64,000 nt of DNA, taken from the NCBI GenBank assembly GCA_001783715.1, contig MFNF01000061.1, positions 6,722 through 70,721 of the forward strand, written 5' to 3'. A model generated the notes under the pieces. That model saw only the letters and a program-made list of their open reading frames with translations. It was not told the origin of the DNA and made no database searches. The translations under genes were made by a program, and so were the position numbers. Shown one piece after another: positions 1 through 9,963 of this stretch. Origin of the DNA: Candidatus Lambdaproteobacteria bacterium RIFOXYD2_FULL_56_26. Its GTDB lineage: Bacteria > SAR324 > XYD2-FULL-50-16. Positions within the stretch are counted from its first letter, which is position 1. Each line of letters begins with the position of its first letter.

Positions 1-414
1 AACAAAATTTAGGGGAGAACCTTCCCGGCAGGGATTAAATTCAATATACTGATATACTGTGTTTTTACGTGAAGTGGCGGTGTTAATTGCCAACGGCCTA
101 GCGGGAAAAGAGCGGCTCTGGTGGTTCGCCTGGGGGGCAGCAAGCACCCGTTGGCTCGGGGGCTTGAGGGCACAACCAGCGGGGAGGGAGCCTCAAGACT
201 GCCCCCAGCGGGAAGGAGGTTCGGCCTGGTCGATCGGGAGGGGGCCCCTATCCGTCGGGGGGATTCATTTTTTATGTTGTAAGAACAATTGAATACCTTA
301 AGAATGCCCGGTTCGGGCAAAATGGGTCAAAAAAGAGTTGCACTCAACGGCAAGGCTGAACTACAAAGGTCCATCGGTCCAGACTACTAAAAACCTTACC
401 CCCAAGTCTCTGGC

Positions 415-1389
415 ATGAACCGTTCGTTTTGGCTCCCTTGGGTTGTCTTGGCCCAGTTGTTTGGCCCCCACCCCCAGGCCCTCGCTTTCGCCCCCCTGGA
501 CCGGCCCGACCCGTCCACTTTGGGTCCTGCGGCCAGCGCCGAATTGGTGGAATTGGGCAAGGTCCTGTTTTTTGACCCCCGACTTTCGATCAATGACCGC
601 CTTTCTTGTGCCAGCTGCCACAACCCGGACCTGGGTTTTTCCGATGGTTTGGCCTTGGGGTTGGGCACCAACGATGGGAAACTGGGCCGCAATACCCCGC
701 ACCTGTACAATCTGGCCTGGGGGGTACGGTTTTTTTGGGACGGCCGGGCCAAGAGCCTCGAAGAACAGGCCCTGGGGCCGGTCCTGTCCCCGGAGGAGAT
801 GGCCATGGACCTGAAGGTACTGCTGCCCAAACTCCAGGCGGTTCCCTTGTATGCCCAGGCCTTTGCCAAACAGTTCCCCCAGGAAGGTTTGACCGCCGGT
901 ACGGTGGCCCAAGCGATTGCGGCTTTCGAGCGTACCTTGGTGGTCAACGAAACCCCCTATGACCGGTACCTCCAGGGGGACAAGTCGGCCCTTGACCCGG
1001 CGGCGGTGAGGGGGCTGACGCTGTTCAAGGAAAAGGCCCATTGTGCGGTCTGCCACGAAGGCCCCAACCTGACCGACAACGGCTTCCACAACCTGGGCCT
1101 GGAGAGTCCCGACCTGGGCCGCTACCAGATCGACAAACGAAAAATTCTCTACAAGGCTTTTAAGACTCCGGGCTTGCGCAACATCGCCTTGTCCGCACCC
1201 TACATGCATGACGGCTCCCTGGGGACCTTGGAAGCGGTGGTCCGGTTTTACAACCAAGGGGGCGGGAAGGGGAACAAGGACCTGGAGCTGAAGCCCTTGG
1301 AACTGAGCGAACGGGAAATCTACGACTTGGTCGCCTTTTTGGGCTCCTTGACCCAACCCTTAGGCATCAAAAGGCCGGAGATTCCCTGA
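415..1389 (+). CDS. Di-heme cytochrome c peroxidase family protein (MauG/bCcP superfamily), exported
   Basis: Signal peptide; two CxxCH motifs (CASCH, CAVCH); FWDGRA..LEEQA and FKTPGLRNIA..APYMHDGS motifs. Confidence 0.9.
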   Translation: MNRSFWLPWVVLAQLFGPHPQALAFAPLDRPDPSTLGPAASAELVELGKVLFFDPRLSINDRLSCASCHNPDLGFSDGLALGLGTNDGKLGRNTPHLYNLAWGVRFFWDGRAKSLEEQALGPVLSPEEMAMDLKVLLPKLQAVPLYAQAFAKQFPQEGLTAGTVAQAIAAFERTLVVNETPYDRYLQGDKSALDPAAVRGLTLFKEKAHCAVCHEGPNLTDNGFHNLGLESPDLGRYQIDKRKILYKAFKTPGLRNIALSAPYMHDGSLGTLEAVVRFYNQGGGKGNKDLELKPLELSEREIYDLVAFLGSLTQPLGIKRPEIP

Positions 1390-1953
1390 AATGGTGGGGG
1401 CTTAAGGACGGGAGGCAGGCCGAGTTTTTTCCTCTTGAGCCAGCCCCCTGGGCCTGGGCGCCAAAAAACCGGTTTTCCTGGAGAAAAACCTGCGGCCTGG
1501 TTACTCCCCCTAAACCGGCACCGGCCCCTGCTCCTCAGGCACCCAAATACCTCTTTTTGTCCCCTCAATCCGGCACCGGCAGTCTCCGTCGGGCCTCTGC
1601 TTGCCGCTTTCCCTCTCTTGCCCCCGTCTCCGGCCAGTGAGGTTGTTTTGCCCTTTGCCTGGGTTCTTGCCCCCTTCCATACCCCATTGGATTGACCCTA
1701 GGGTTCACGTGCCCCGGAGCCTGGGGCCAAACAAAATCCGACAGAAAAAGAGACTGGATTGGCTCTGGTTATGGGCGAGGTAAAGTTTTTCCCCCAACAG
1801 CACCCAATTTTTCCGGCCAAAACCAAAAAACCGTTCGGTTTTTGGCCGATTTTGACCGCATTTCTTGTGGTCCCTTTGGGGCAATCTGCTAGCCTTGAGG
1901 GCATTGATCCCTACCTTTCCAAGACCAAAAGCCAAATCGCCTGGTTTTTTTGC

Positions 1954-3876
1954 ATGCGTGAACAAGAAACGGAACGTACTACCCGGGAATACCTGACTAG
2001 AAGGTTGCAGGAAGCCGCTTTGGCGATCCAATCCTTGTTGCAGTTGCAGTCCGCTTTGGTGGAAATCCTACCGGTTCTGCCTCGAGAGTTGGGCGAACGG
2101 CAAGAGGCCCTCCGGGCCAAGGCCAAGCGGTTTCTAAATCAGTCTCCACCTGCCTCCCCGGCCCCCAAACCCCTGGTTCCCACTCGGGTGGCAGTCCTGG
2201 CCGAGGAACTGGCGGAAACCTTTGGTCCGGTCTTGGAACGGAAGGGAATGTTCCTGTCTTTGAAGGTGGATCAGGAAATCACCCTACCTTACCCCCAAGA
2301 GTCCCTTTCTTGCCTCTTGCACCTGCTGTTGGAAAATGCGGTCCGGCTCACCTTTGGGGGAGCGATCCTCCTGGTGGCCAAGCTTCAGGACGACAAGGTG
2401 CTGGTAGAAGTGGCGGACCAAGGGGCGGGGCTGGACCCCAAACAGCTCAAGAGGCTGGAACTGGGGCTCGACCCTGTTCCTTCGGACACCTATGGCTTGG
2501 TCTTGGCCAAAGCGCTGGCCGAAGAAATGGGTGTCGGCTGGGTGATTTCCTCCGAACCGAACCAGGGCACCCGAGTGAGCCTTTGGTTTGGTACGGCCCC
2601 TTGGCCCAAACTGCCGCCCTTGCCCCCCCTTTCGGCCAAGGAAAAGCCCCCGGGCGGTCCGCAGCCCAAGGTCTTGGTGATCACCCAAGAGGAACGGACC
2701 TTAAACCTGATGAAGCTCTACCTGCAACAAAGGTTCGACAGTCTGACCGCCTCCAGCGGGCAGATGGGGCTGGAGTGGCTGGAACAAGAAAAGGTGGACT
2801 TGATCCTGGTGGACCTTTCGATGACCGGCCTGGACGGGCTGGATGTGCTCGCCGAGGTCCGGGAAAATTACGGCAAACGGGAATTGCCGGTGATTTTTTT
2901 GGTCCACGAAGAGGAAAGCCCCCAGTTTGGAAGATTGTTGCGTCTCGGTGGGAACGACTGCCTAAAAAAACCGGTAAACCCCGACGAACTGTTGGCCAAA
3001 CTGGAATTTCACTTGGCCCAGAAGACCCACTTTTTGGAATTGACCCAAAGGGGGGACAACCTGGAACAGCAACTTTCCTTGCGGGAGTGGCAGCTCAGCT
3101 TGCTGGCCAAGCAGGTCCCCCTGATGGGGCAGGTGGGCTTGCCCTTGGGGGCTCCGGTCATTGGCTTTAGTCCCAATTTTTTGATCCAATACCTCAGCCC
3201 CGAAGCTTTGTTGTTGCTCGATGGCAGTCTGCTTGAAGCGTTAAGCCAGCCTTTAAGCCAATACCTACCCTTGGATTGGCCCTGGCTGTTCGAGCAGATC
3301 GGCGAGTTGGGCCCCAAGATGGGACTGGTGCTGTTTACGGCCAAGGAAAAACGCTCCTTGTGGCTCTTTCGCAGCGAAAACGGTGGAGCCTTGGCCTTTG
3401 GGCCAGAACGGCTGGAGCTGCCCGAGCCTCCTTTTGTGAGTGCCCAAGTCTTTCGGGTCAAAAAAAGACAAAAAGGCAAGGACAGTTTTGGCCCCTTGGC
3501 TTACCAGTTGGACTTCCCCAAGGTGGGTCCCAAGGCGGTCTCCCCGGCGAGGGTGAAGATGCCCGAATTGATCGCCGAATTGATGGGAGCCTGTTTGGCC
3601 TTGTGGGAGCGGAAAACCCGGGCCGACAAGGTGGAGCTGGCCGACCAGAGTGGTCTTTGGATTGCGGCGGCGGACAAAAAAGGTACCTACCGGACCAAAA
3701 CCCTGGACCGTTACCTGGACCCCCACAAGGTCCCCAAGCACCCTCGGGTCCAGACGGTTTTGCAGACCGCCTACTTTGTTTGCCAGAGGTTTGCCAAGGA
3801 GGAACCCAAGGAAGTGGCCCGGATCGAGGCCTTGGCCCGGAGGTTGGAGGTGAGCTTGGGGCAGAAACGGCCTTAA
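1954..3876 (+). CDS. Soluble HATPase_c + receiver + ChiS-type DNA-binding domain protein (degenerate hybrid kinase)
   Basis: N/G boxes (LLLENAVR, VADQGAGL, YGLVLAKAL); REC (DLILVDLSMTGLDG...KP); C-terminal LWERKT..KVELADQSGLW...YRTKTLDRYL...PKHPRVQTVL. Start uncertain: ORF is open from 1759, ATG at 1954 chosen. Confidence 0.75.
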   Translation: MREQETERTTREYLTRRLQEAALAIQSLLQLQSALVEILPVLPRELGERQEALRAKAKRFLNQSPPASPAPKPLVPTRVAVLAEELAETFGPVLERKGMFLSLKVDQEITLPYPQESLSCLLHLLLENAVRLTFGGAILLVAKLQDDKVLVEVADQGAGLDPKQLKRLELGLDPVPSDTYGLVLAKALAEEMGVGWVISSEPNQGTRVSLWFGTAPWPKLPPLPPLSAKEKPPGGPQPKVLVITQEERTLNLMKLYLQQRFDSLTASSGQMGLEWLEQEKVDLILVDLSMTGLDGLDVLAEVRENYGKRELPVIFLVHEEESPQFGRLLRLGGNDCLKKPVNPDELLAKLEFHLAQKTHFLELTQRGDNLEQQLSLREWQLSLLAKQVPLMGQVGLPLGAPVIGFSPNFLIQYLSPEALLLLDGSLLEALSQPLSQYLPLDWPWLFEQIGELGPKMGLVLFTAKEKRSLWLFRSENGGALAFGPERLELPEPPFVSAQVFRVKKRQKGKDSFGPLAYQLDFPKVGPKAVSPARVKMPELIAELMGACLALWERKTRADKVELADQSGLWIAAADKKGTYRTKTLDRYLDPHKVPKHPRVQTVLQTAYFVCQRFAKEEPKEVARIEALARRLEVSLGQKRP

Positions 3877-4283
3877 GAAGGGTAACGTTCCAAGATCTCG
3901 TTGATCGATTCGGCGGCCAACTCGGCAACCTGGAACTGGGGGTCGCTCAACAGGGGCCTCAAGGCGTGGACCTGTTCGGGACCGCCGATCACCCCCAAGG
4001 CGGTAGCCGCATCGGCACGGAAGACCGCTTCCTTGTGGTGCAGGATCGGTTCGATCAACTTGGCCAGACCGCCGCAGCCTTCGCAGCCCGTCTCCGCCAA
4101 TTCCTGGAGCAGCACATAGACCCCCGCCCGAACCCGAAACCGCTGGTCCGCCAAGAGCCGGGGGAAATGGGCATAATAGCCCTTCACCATTTGCAGCATC
4201 AGCCGGACATTGTCGATTTCCCCGTCGTTGAGCTGGTCCGCCAAAAAGGCGGCTTGGGTTTCCTGCTCCTTGAGGTCGATCAT
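3873..4283 (-). CDS. HEAT-repeat protein
   Basis: HEAT-like repeats (FRADAATALGVIG, LRPLLSDPQFQVAELAAESI); ATG at 4283. Confidence 0.75.
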   Translation of the reverse strand: MIDLKEQETQAAFLADQLNDGEIDNVRLMLQMVKGYYAHFPRLLADQRFRVRAGVYVLLQELAETGCEGCGGLAKLIEPILHHKEAVFRADAATALGVIGGPEQVHALRPLLSDPQFQVAELAAESINEILERYPS

Positions 4284-4341
4284 CCTTGAGACTCCGAAAA
4301 GGTTTGGGGTATTGTACCTCATCTTGCCCGAAGTCGAAAGG

Positions 4342-4377
4342 AAAAAAAGGGGGCAGTGCCCTGGGACACTCCCCCTT
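4342..4377 (-). terminator. Probable intrinsic terminator after the Hsp20 pair
   Basis: GGGGG..AGTG / CACT..CCCCC stem next to an A-run (T-run on the minus strand). Confidence 0.6.
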
Positions 4378-4416
4378 CTTTGTGTTGCGGTGCTCCCTGG
4401 TGGTGTGCCCCGGACC

Positions 4417-4815
4417 TTAATGGACCGTCACCTTCCGGGCCTGTTCCTCTGCCCGTTTGGGCAGGGTCAGTTGCAAAACCCCGTCGTTTAAGGTCGCCTG
4501 GATGCCTTCCCGGTCAATCTCCTGGGACAGCAGGAAGGTACGGCGGTAATGGCCAATGTTGTATTCGGCGTAAACCGCCTTGAGGGACTCGTACCTTTGG
4601 GTGTCGATCCGGCCTTCGATGGTCAGCTGGTTTTTCTCCAACGAGACCTCGACCCGGTCCTTGGTGACCCCGGCCATGTCCAAGGTGACCAAGAGCGCTT
4701 GGTCGGTCTCCAGGATGTCGGCCAGAGGTTGGTAGTAGCGGAGCGACTCGGCCCGCATCTCCGGCTGGGTCTCGGCTTGTTTGTGCTGGGTGGCCGATGC
4801 AGTTTTGTTGTCCAT
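4417..4815 (-). CDS. Small heat shock protein (Hsp20/alpha-crystallin)
   Basis: DILET...LDMAGV...YRRTFLL...ATLNDGVLQLTLPK. Confidence 0.92.
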   Translation of the reverse strand: MDNKTASATQHKQAETQPEMRAESLRYYQPLADILETDQALLVTLDMAGVTKDRVEVSLEKNQLTIEGRIDTQRYESLKAVYAEYNIGHYRRTFLLSQEIDREGIQATLNDGVLQLTLPKRAEEQARKVTVH

Positions 4816-4845
4816 GGTTCCTCCTTTGGTGGGTAAAGGTTCAAG

Positions 4846-5265
4846 TCAGCCGATCAGGATGGCCTTGGGCTTGGCGCTTTCGCAGATGGGCAAGAGGACC
4901 GCCAAGACCCCGTCCTTCAGTTCTGCCTTGATCTTCTCCGGGTCGATCTCTTCTTTAAAGTTCAAGGTCCGGTCAAACTGGTAGTCCGACCGCTCCCTTC
5001 TGTGGGTGCTGGCCTCTTGGGGGAGGGAAACCTGCCGTTTGCCGCTGATCCGCAAGGCCGAACCCTTGAATTCCAGGTTCAAGTCTTCTTTTTTTAGCCC
5101 CGGCAATTCCAGGGTGACCAAATAATTGTCTCCCTCGTTAAAGACGTTGGCCTTTGGGCTGGCGTTGGTCCAGGGAGAGGGACCAAAAAAACTGCTGCCG
5201 AAGGCTTGTTCCACAGCGCTTTGCAGATCCCAAAGCGCATCAAAACGGGGGTGAGTACCAACCAT
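4846..5265 (-). CDS. Small heat shock protein (Hsp20/alpha-crystallin)
   Basis: ELPGLKKEDL...HRRER...AELKDGVLAVLLP; GAGGAGG RBS. Confidence 0.92.
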   Translation of the reverse strand: MVGTHPRFDALWDLQSAVEQAFGSSFFGPSPWTNASPKANVFNEGDNYLVTLELPGLKKEDLNLEFKGSALRISGKRQVSLPQEASTHRRERSDYQFDRTLNFKEEIDPEKIKAELKDGVLAVLLPICESAKPKAILIG

Positions 5266-5587
5266 GATGACCTCCTCGGGTTTGGGTTGAGGTTGGGTGT
5301 GTTTACGAGTTTCTTAATTTCAAAGGCCGTACCATTCCATAAAACATAATGTTTTTAATTAAGTAAGCCTTATCATCCAACCAAGATTAGGTCAAAATGG
5401 CCTAGCTGGGACCCGGCGGTGCAGCCAGATTGGCCTCCTTCTTGGGGCAAAAAGACCGGTTCTGCTCTTGATCTTGTCCTTGTCTCTTGGTTGTACCCAT
5501 GATAGGCTCCAGAAGGTGTACGGACCCTGCTTTTGGCCTGTGGTCCAACTGCGTTGGGAATCCCCCTCTTTTTTTGAGGTCTGACTG

Positions 5588-6589
5588 ATGCGTTCCAGAC
5601 TGACGTTGGGGCTTTTGGGTGGGCTCTTTGTCCTGCTCATTACCGATCTTTTTGGGGTTGGGAACCTGCAACGGTTGATCGAAACGGTGCTGCCGCCGCC
5701 TAGTGGACGCAAGCCCAACCTGCTGGTCGGGACCAACCCTTGGCCGGGCTATGCTCCCTTTTACCTAGCCCGAAGGCTGGGGCTCTACCAAGGCAAAGGT
5801 GTTGATTTTGTGGAATACCCCAGCACCAGCATGACGCTCAAGGCGCTGCGCAACGGAGCCATCCAGGCCGCCGCCCTGACCTTGGATGAAACCCTGCAGC
5901 TCTACGAGCTGGGGACGCAGTTTAAGGTGGTGCTGGTCTTGGACTATTCGGCCGGGGCCGATGCCATCTTAGCCCGCCCTCCCTTGGCCAGTTTGGCCGA
6001 CCTGAAGAACAAAAAAATAGCTTTTGAAAATAGTACATTAGGCGGGTATTTTTTGACCCGGACCTTGGAACGGAGCCGGATGCACCCCGATGACTTCGAG
6101 TTGGTGCCCCTGGAGGTTGACGAACATCTCCAGGCCTACCTGCAAGAGAAGGTGGATGGAGTGGTCACCATGGAGCCCTACAAGACTGCCTTGGAACGGG
6201 CCGGGGCCAAAAAGATCTTCAGTTCCAAAGACCTGCCCCAGGAGATTATTGATGTACTGGTGGTCCGGGAAGACTGGCTCGCCGGGGATGTCCGGGCTTT
6301 GAAGTTTTTGGCCGAAGGTTGGTTTGAGGCGCTCCGGCAGTTGCAGGAAGCGCCGGAGCAAATGGCTCCCCTTTTGGGCGAACAGCTGAACCTCAATCCC
6401 AAAGAGGCCCTGGAGGCCGTGGCGGGAGTCCAGCTCTTGGACCAAAAAGCCAATCTGGCGCTTTTTGTGGGCAGCCCTTCCCCCTTCGACCAGTCGGCCA
6501 GAGTGACCAATGATTTTCTCCTGAGCCACCAGCTGTTGTCCCGCAAAGTAAGCCTGGAAGGTTTGGCCGACCCTATTTTGCTGCGGTAA
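5588..6589 (+). CDS. Substrate-binding protein, NMT1/SsuA/TauA-like family
   Basis: N-terminal hydrophobic anchor; NPWPGYAPFYLA, LDYSAGADAIL, LADLKNKKIA, TMEPY motifs. Confidence 0.85.
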   Translation: MRSRLTLGLLGGLFVLLITDLFGVGNLQRLIETVLPPPSGRKPNLLVGTNPWPGYAPFYLARRLGLYQGKGVDFVEYPSTSMTLKALRNGAIQAAALTLDETLQLYELGTQFKVVLVLDYSAGADAILARPPLASLADLKNKKIAFENSTLGGYFLTRTLERSRMHPDDFELVPLEVDEHLQAYLQEKVDGVVTMEPYKTALERAGAKKIFSSKDLPQEIIDVLVVREDWLAGDVRALKFLAEGWFEALRQLQEAPEQMAPLLGEQLNLNPKEALEAVAGVQLLDQKANLALFVGSPSPFDQSARVTNDFLLSHQLLSRKVSLEGLADPILLR

Positions 6590-6596
6590 AAGGACC

Positions 6597-9011
6597 ATGA
6601 ACCAGCCCATTTTGTTTCCACTTCGTTTGACCATTCCGCTGATACTGTTGCTTTTTACTGCAACTTTGTCCTTGTGGAGCATCAAATACAACGGTTCCTT
6701 GTCCAACGACAAAGTGGAGGCTCAGGCCAGCGCCGCCTTGATCCGCCTGATGACCCGGCTGCAAATCACCATCGAACATGCCTACGCCAAGGACGACAAA
6801 ACCGCCGTCTCCCGGGAGATCAGCGGGCTGGCTTCGGACCTCGACTACAGCTACATCCTTTTGTTTGACGAACGGGGCAAGATCCTGGCCTCGAACCGGT
6901 CCGCCTTTGTGGGGCAAGGGTTTATCGAAAAACTTGAATCGATCCCCGAAGGGGAGCGCCAGCAGATCTTCACCCATTTGAGTGAAGTGCGGCGCAATCT
7001 TTCGGGCCAAGTGTACCTAACCGAAGACCGGGGACGGCTGGTGGGGATCTATCCCTTGATCTTGAGCCAAAACTCCAAGGCCATCCGGGACCCTTCACGG
7101 GGATACCTGATGGTTTTTGAAGATCTGCTCGGACAAAAACGGGAGGCCTTGGAGTCGGTTTACCGGCAGTTGATCCAGTTTTGCTTGATTTTGGGGATTT
7201 TGACCGTTGGGCTGGGGGTCTTTTTTGACCAGATCGTCTCTCGGCGGATCAACCGGATTGTCGGGGTAACCCGGCGGGTAGGCCGGGGGGATTATTCAGT
7301 CCGCACTGGCCTGACCGGGCTCGATGAGATCGGCAGGCTGGCCTCGGCGATTGACGAAATGGCCCGGGCCCGGGCCGCCGCCGAAGGGATGTTGCTCAAG
7401 CTGAACCGGGCGGTCGAACAGAGCCCAGTCTCGGTGGTGATCACCGATTTGGCCGGGCAGATCGAATATGCCAACCCCAAACTTTTGGAGGTCACCGGCT
7501 ACGAACTGGAAGAGGTGATCGGCCAAAACCCCAGACTGTTTAAATCCGGGTACCACGACTCCCTGTTTTACCAAAAACTTTGGACCGAGCTGACCGCCGG
7601 AAGACAGTGGAAGGCGGAGATGCGCAACAAAAAGAAAAACGGGGAACCCTTTTGGGAATGGGTGACCATCACCCCCATTCTGGACGACTCGGGCCGGATC
7701 ATCAACTACCTGGGGGTCAAGGAAGACATCACCCTCAAAAAACAGCGAGACGAAGAACTGCTCAAGGCCCGGAGGGATGCAGAGGCGGCCAACCAAGCCA
7801 AAACCAACTTTCTGGCCACCATGAGCCACGAATTGCGCACCCCGATGAACGGCATCATGGGGATGAGTCAGATTCTTCTGGCCGAAGAGGAGTCGCCGGA
7901 CAAGCGTTCCATGCTGGACGTGGTGATGAATTCCTCCATCGCCCTGGTGGGGGTGCTAGACGAGATCCTCGACATCACCAAAATCGAGGCCAGCCAGTTC
8001 CAGGCCCACCTGGAGCCGACCGACCTCAACCAGTTGCTCAAGGACTTGGGCGAGATGTTCTGGGCCGCCGCCAAGTCCAAGAGCCTCGACCTGACCTGCT
8101 CGGCCCAAGGACTGACCCAAAGTTTGTACCAAGTGGACCCCAACATGGTCACCAAGGTGCTTTCCAACCTCCTGGCCAATGCGATTAAATTTACCGCCAA
8201 AGGTGCGGTCCGGCTCCGGGTCAAGGAGATCGAACTCCAAGGGGCTCTGGCCCTACGTTTTGAGGTGGAAGACACCGGTGTCGGGATTCCGGCCTCCAAG
8301 ATCGACCAGATCTTTTTGAGCTTCACCCAAGTGGACAGCAGCTCCACCCGGCGTTACGGCGGAGTGGGCTTGGGGCTGGCGATTGCGCTCAATTTAGTCC
8401 GGCTGATGGGCGGCGAACTGGGGGTCCAGAGTAGAGAAGGCGAGGGGAGTTTGTTTTGGTTTGAGTTGCAAGCACAACCGGGGATTAGCACCCGGGAGGC
8501 GGAGTTGGTGTTTGCTCCCCAGAACTCCAAAGAACCGGAAAACCTGGATTTAATCGAAACTTCCCCTAGGGTGCTCTCCAGGCGGACACAAACCCAAGGG
8601 GAGAACGGCAAAGGGAAAAAAATCCTGGTGGTGGAAGACGACAGCATCAATGCTTCGGTGATCCACCGGATCTTGACCTTAAACGATTTTACGGTGATCG
8701 AGGCGGAAAACGGAAAAAAAGCCTTGGAAATCCTGAGCACCCAAAGGGTGGACTTGGTCTTGATGGACTGCCTGATGCCAGTTTTAGACGGCTACCGGAC
8801 CTCCAAGATGATCCGGGATAAGGAAGCCAAAGGGGAACTCAAGGGCCATGTGCCCATTGTTGCGGTGACCGCCAAGGCGATGGAAGAGGACCGGGCCAAA
8901 TGCCTGGAATCCGGCATGGACGACTATCTGTCCAAGCCGGTGGAGATGAAGCACCTCTTGGAAATCATCGCCGACCTTCTGGGCCGAGACAAAGGCCGGG
9001 TCCTGCTTTAG
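6597..9011 (+). CDS. Hybrid sensor histidine kinase (2TM-HAMP-PAS-HisKA-HATPase-REC)
   Basis: DEIGRLA (HAMP); [64 protein letters not shown]. Confidence 0.95.
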   Translation: MNQPILFPLRLTIPLILLLFTATLSLWSIKYNGSLSNDKVEAQASAALIRLMTRLQITIEHAYAKDDKTAVSREISGLASDLDYSYILLFDERGKILASNRSAFVGQGFIEKLESIPEGERQQIFTHLSEVRRNLSGQVYLTEDRGRLVGIYPLILSQNSKAIRDPSRGYLMVFEDLLGQKREALESVYRQLIQFCLILGILTVGLGVFFDQIVSRRINRIVGVTRRVGRGDYSVRTGLTGLDEIGRLASAIDEMARARAAAEGMLLKLNRAVEQSPVSVVITDLAGQIEYANPKLLEVTGYELEEVIGQNPRLFKSGYHDSLFYQKLWTELTAGRQWKAEMRNKKKNGEPFWEWVTITPILDDSGRIINYLGVKEDITLKKQRDEELLKARRDAEAANQAKTNFLATMSHELRTPMNGIMGMSQILLAEEESPDKRSMLDVVMNSSIALVGVLDEILDITKIEASQFQAHLEPTDLNQLLKDLGEMFWAAAKSKSLDLTCSAQGLTQSLYQVDPNMVTKVLSNLLANAIKFTAKGAVRLRVKEIELQGALALRFEVEDTGVGIPASKIDQIFLSFTQVDSSSTRRYGGVGLGLAIALNLVRLMGGELGVQSREGEGSLFWFELQAQPGISTREAELVFAPQNSKEPENLDLIETSPRVLSRRTQTQGENGKGKKILVVEDDSINASVIHRILTLNDFTVIEAENGKKALEILSTQRVDLVLMDCLMPVLDGYRTSKMIRDKEAKGELKGHVPIVAVTAKAMEEDRAKCLESGMDDYLSKPVEMKHLLEIIADLLGRDKGRVLL

Positions 9012-9018
9012 GGGGAGC

Positions 9019-9630
9019 CTAGCCCTTGCGGTGCCACTGGGTAAAAAGAAAAAGCTGCTCCTTCCCCCAAGGGGTGGTGTGCAGGGTTTGGGCTTGTTGT
9101 ACCAGCTCAAACCCCGGCCCCCAGAGGGCCTGTAGGGACTCGATACTGTGCCGCACCACCGGCAACCCGCTGCACTTCTCCGGCCCCTGTGGGGCAAAAC
9201 CTCCGATCACCAACCTCCCCCCTTTGAGCAACGCCCCCTTCATCTGTTGCGCATAGACCTGCTGGTCCTTCGGGTCGGTCAAAAAATGCAGCACCGCCCG
9301 GTCGTGCCAACAGCGGTAACGGGGCTCCAAGGGCTGGGCCAAAAGATCGGCGGCGATCAGCTTGACCTGAGCCCTTTGGGCACCAAGCCTGTGGTGGACT
9401 TGGTCCAGGGCGGTCGGGCTCAGGTCCAAGAGGGTCACGTCCTCAAACCCCTCCGCCAGCAAATGGTCCACCAGATAAGAACAGCCGGCCCCTACGTCGA
9501 TCAAAGGCTGGGCCTCCTCCTTGGGGCCGATCATCTGGATCGACCTCTGTGGCTGGGTCTGGTACCAGCCCAACTGCTCAAAACTCTTTTGCTGGTAGGT
9601 TGATTCCCAATGTTGCCGTAACTCACTCAT
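9019..9630 (-). CDS. Class I SAM-dependent methyltransferase (TPMT/TehB-like)
   Basis: IDVGAG motif I; LLDLS; WHDRAVLHFL; GPEKCSGLPV; start MSELRQHW at 9630. Confidence 0.85.
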   Translation of the reverse strand: MSELRQHWESTYQQKSFEQLGWYQTQPQRSIQMIGPKEEAQPLIDVGAGCSYLVDHLLAEGFEDVTLLDLSPTALDQVHHRLGAQRAQVKLIAADLLAQPLEPRYRCWHDRAVLHFLTDPKDQQVYAQQMKGALLKGGRLVIGGFAPQGPEKCSGLPVVRHSIESLQALWGPGFELVQQAQTLHTTPWGKEQLFLFTQWHRKG

Positions 9631-9684
9631 TGCTGATAAACTCCTAGGACCGATTTTGGCGAGACTCCGTTTCTCCATATGTAT

Positions 9685-9724
9685 ATAGAGTAATTCTAAT
9701 AGAGTGATTTGTAATAGAGCAATT
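9685..9724. promoter_or_regulatory. Three direct repeats ATAGAGYRATT in the AT-rich divergent promoter region upstream of dsrC
   Basis: ATAGAGTAATT 9685-9695, ATAGAGTGATT 9699-9709, ATAGAGCAATT 9714-9724. Confidence 0.45.
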
Positions 9725-9963
9725 TGAGTTTTTTGGACGGGAGGGCGGGAAAAACAAACGAGGTTTCGTTCCGCTGACCGTAAGTAAATTTTATTTCCTG
9801 CTGTTATACAATGCTTTTTAAAGCCAAAAACCAGGGGCTCCAAAAAAAAAATCGAGCTATGCAAAAAATTATTGTAATTTTATATCGTTATATTAGAATA
9901 TATCAAATCTTTTATTACGAAACTGTTTTTCCTTGTTTTTTCAACCTTAACCAGAGGACCGAC

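Noticed and set aside
60..300. Possible cobalamin riboswitch (ACTGCCCCC, GGGAAGG fragments)
   Set aside because: The fragments lack the required order and spacing, and the other conserved boxes are absent.
1390..1953. Small ORFs or ncRNA in the long intergenic region
   Set aside because: ORFs are Pro/Gly-rich and low in information, with no motifs; no recognisable RNA family.
5266..5400. CIRCE, sigma32 or sigma54 element upstream of the Hsp20 pair
   Set aside because: No CIRCE inverted repeat; the minus-strand TGGTACGGCCTTTGAA resembles sigma54 but lacks the conserved -12 GC.
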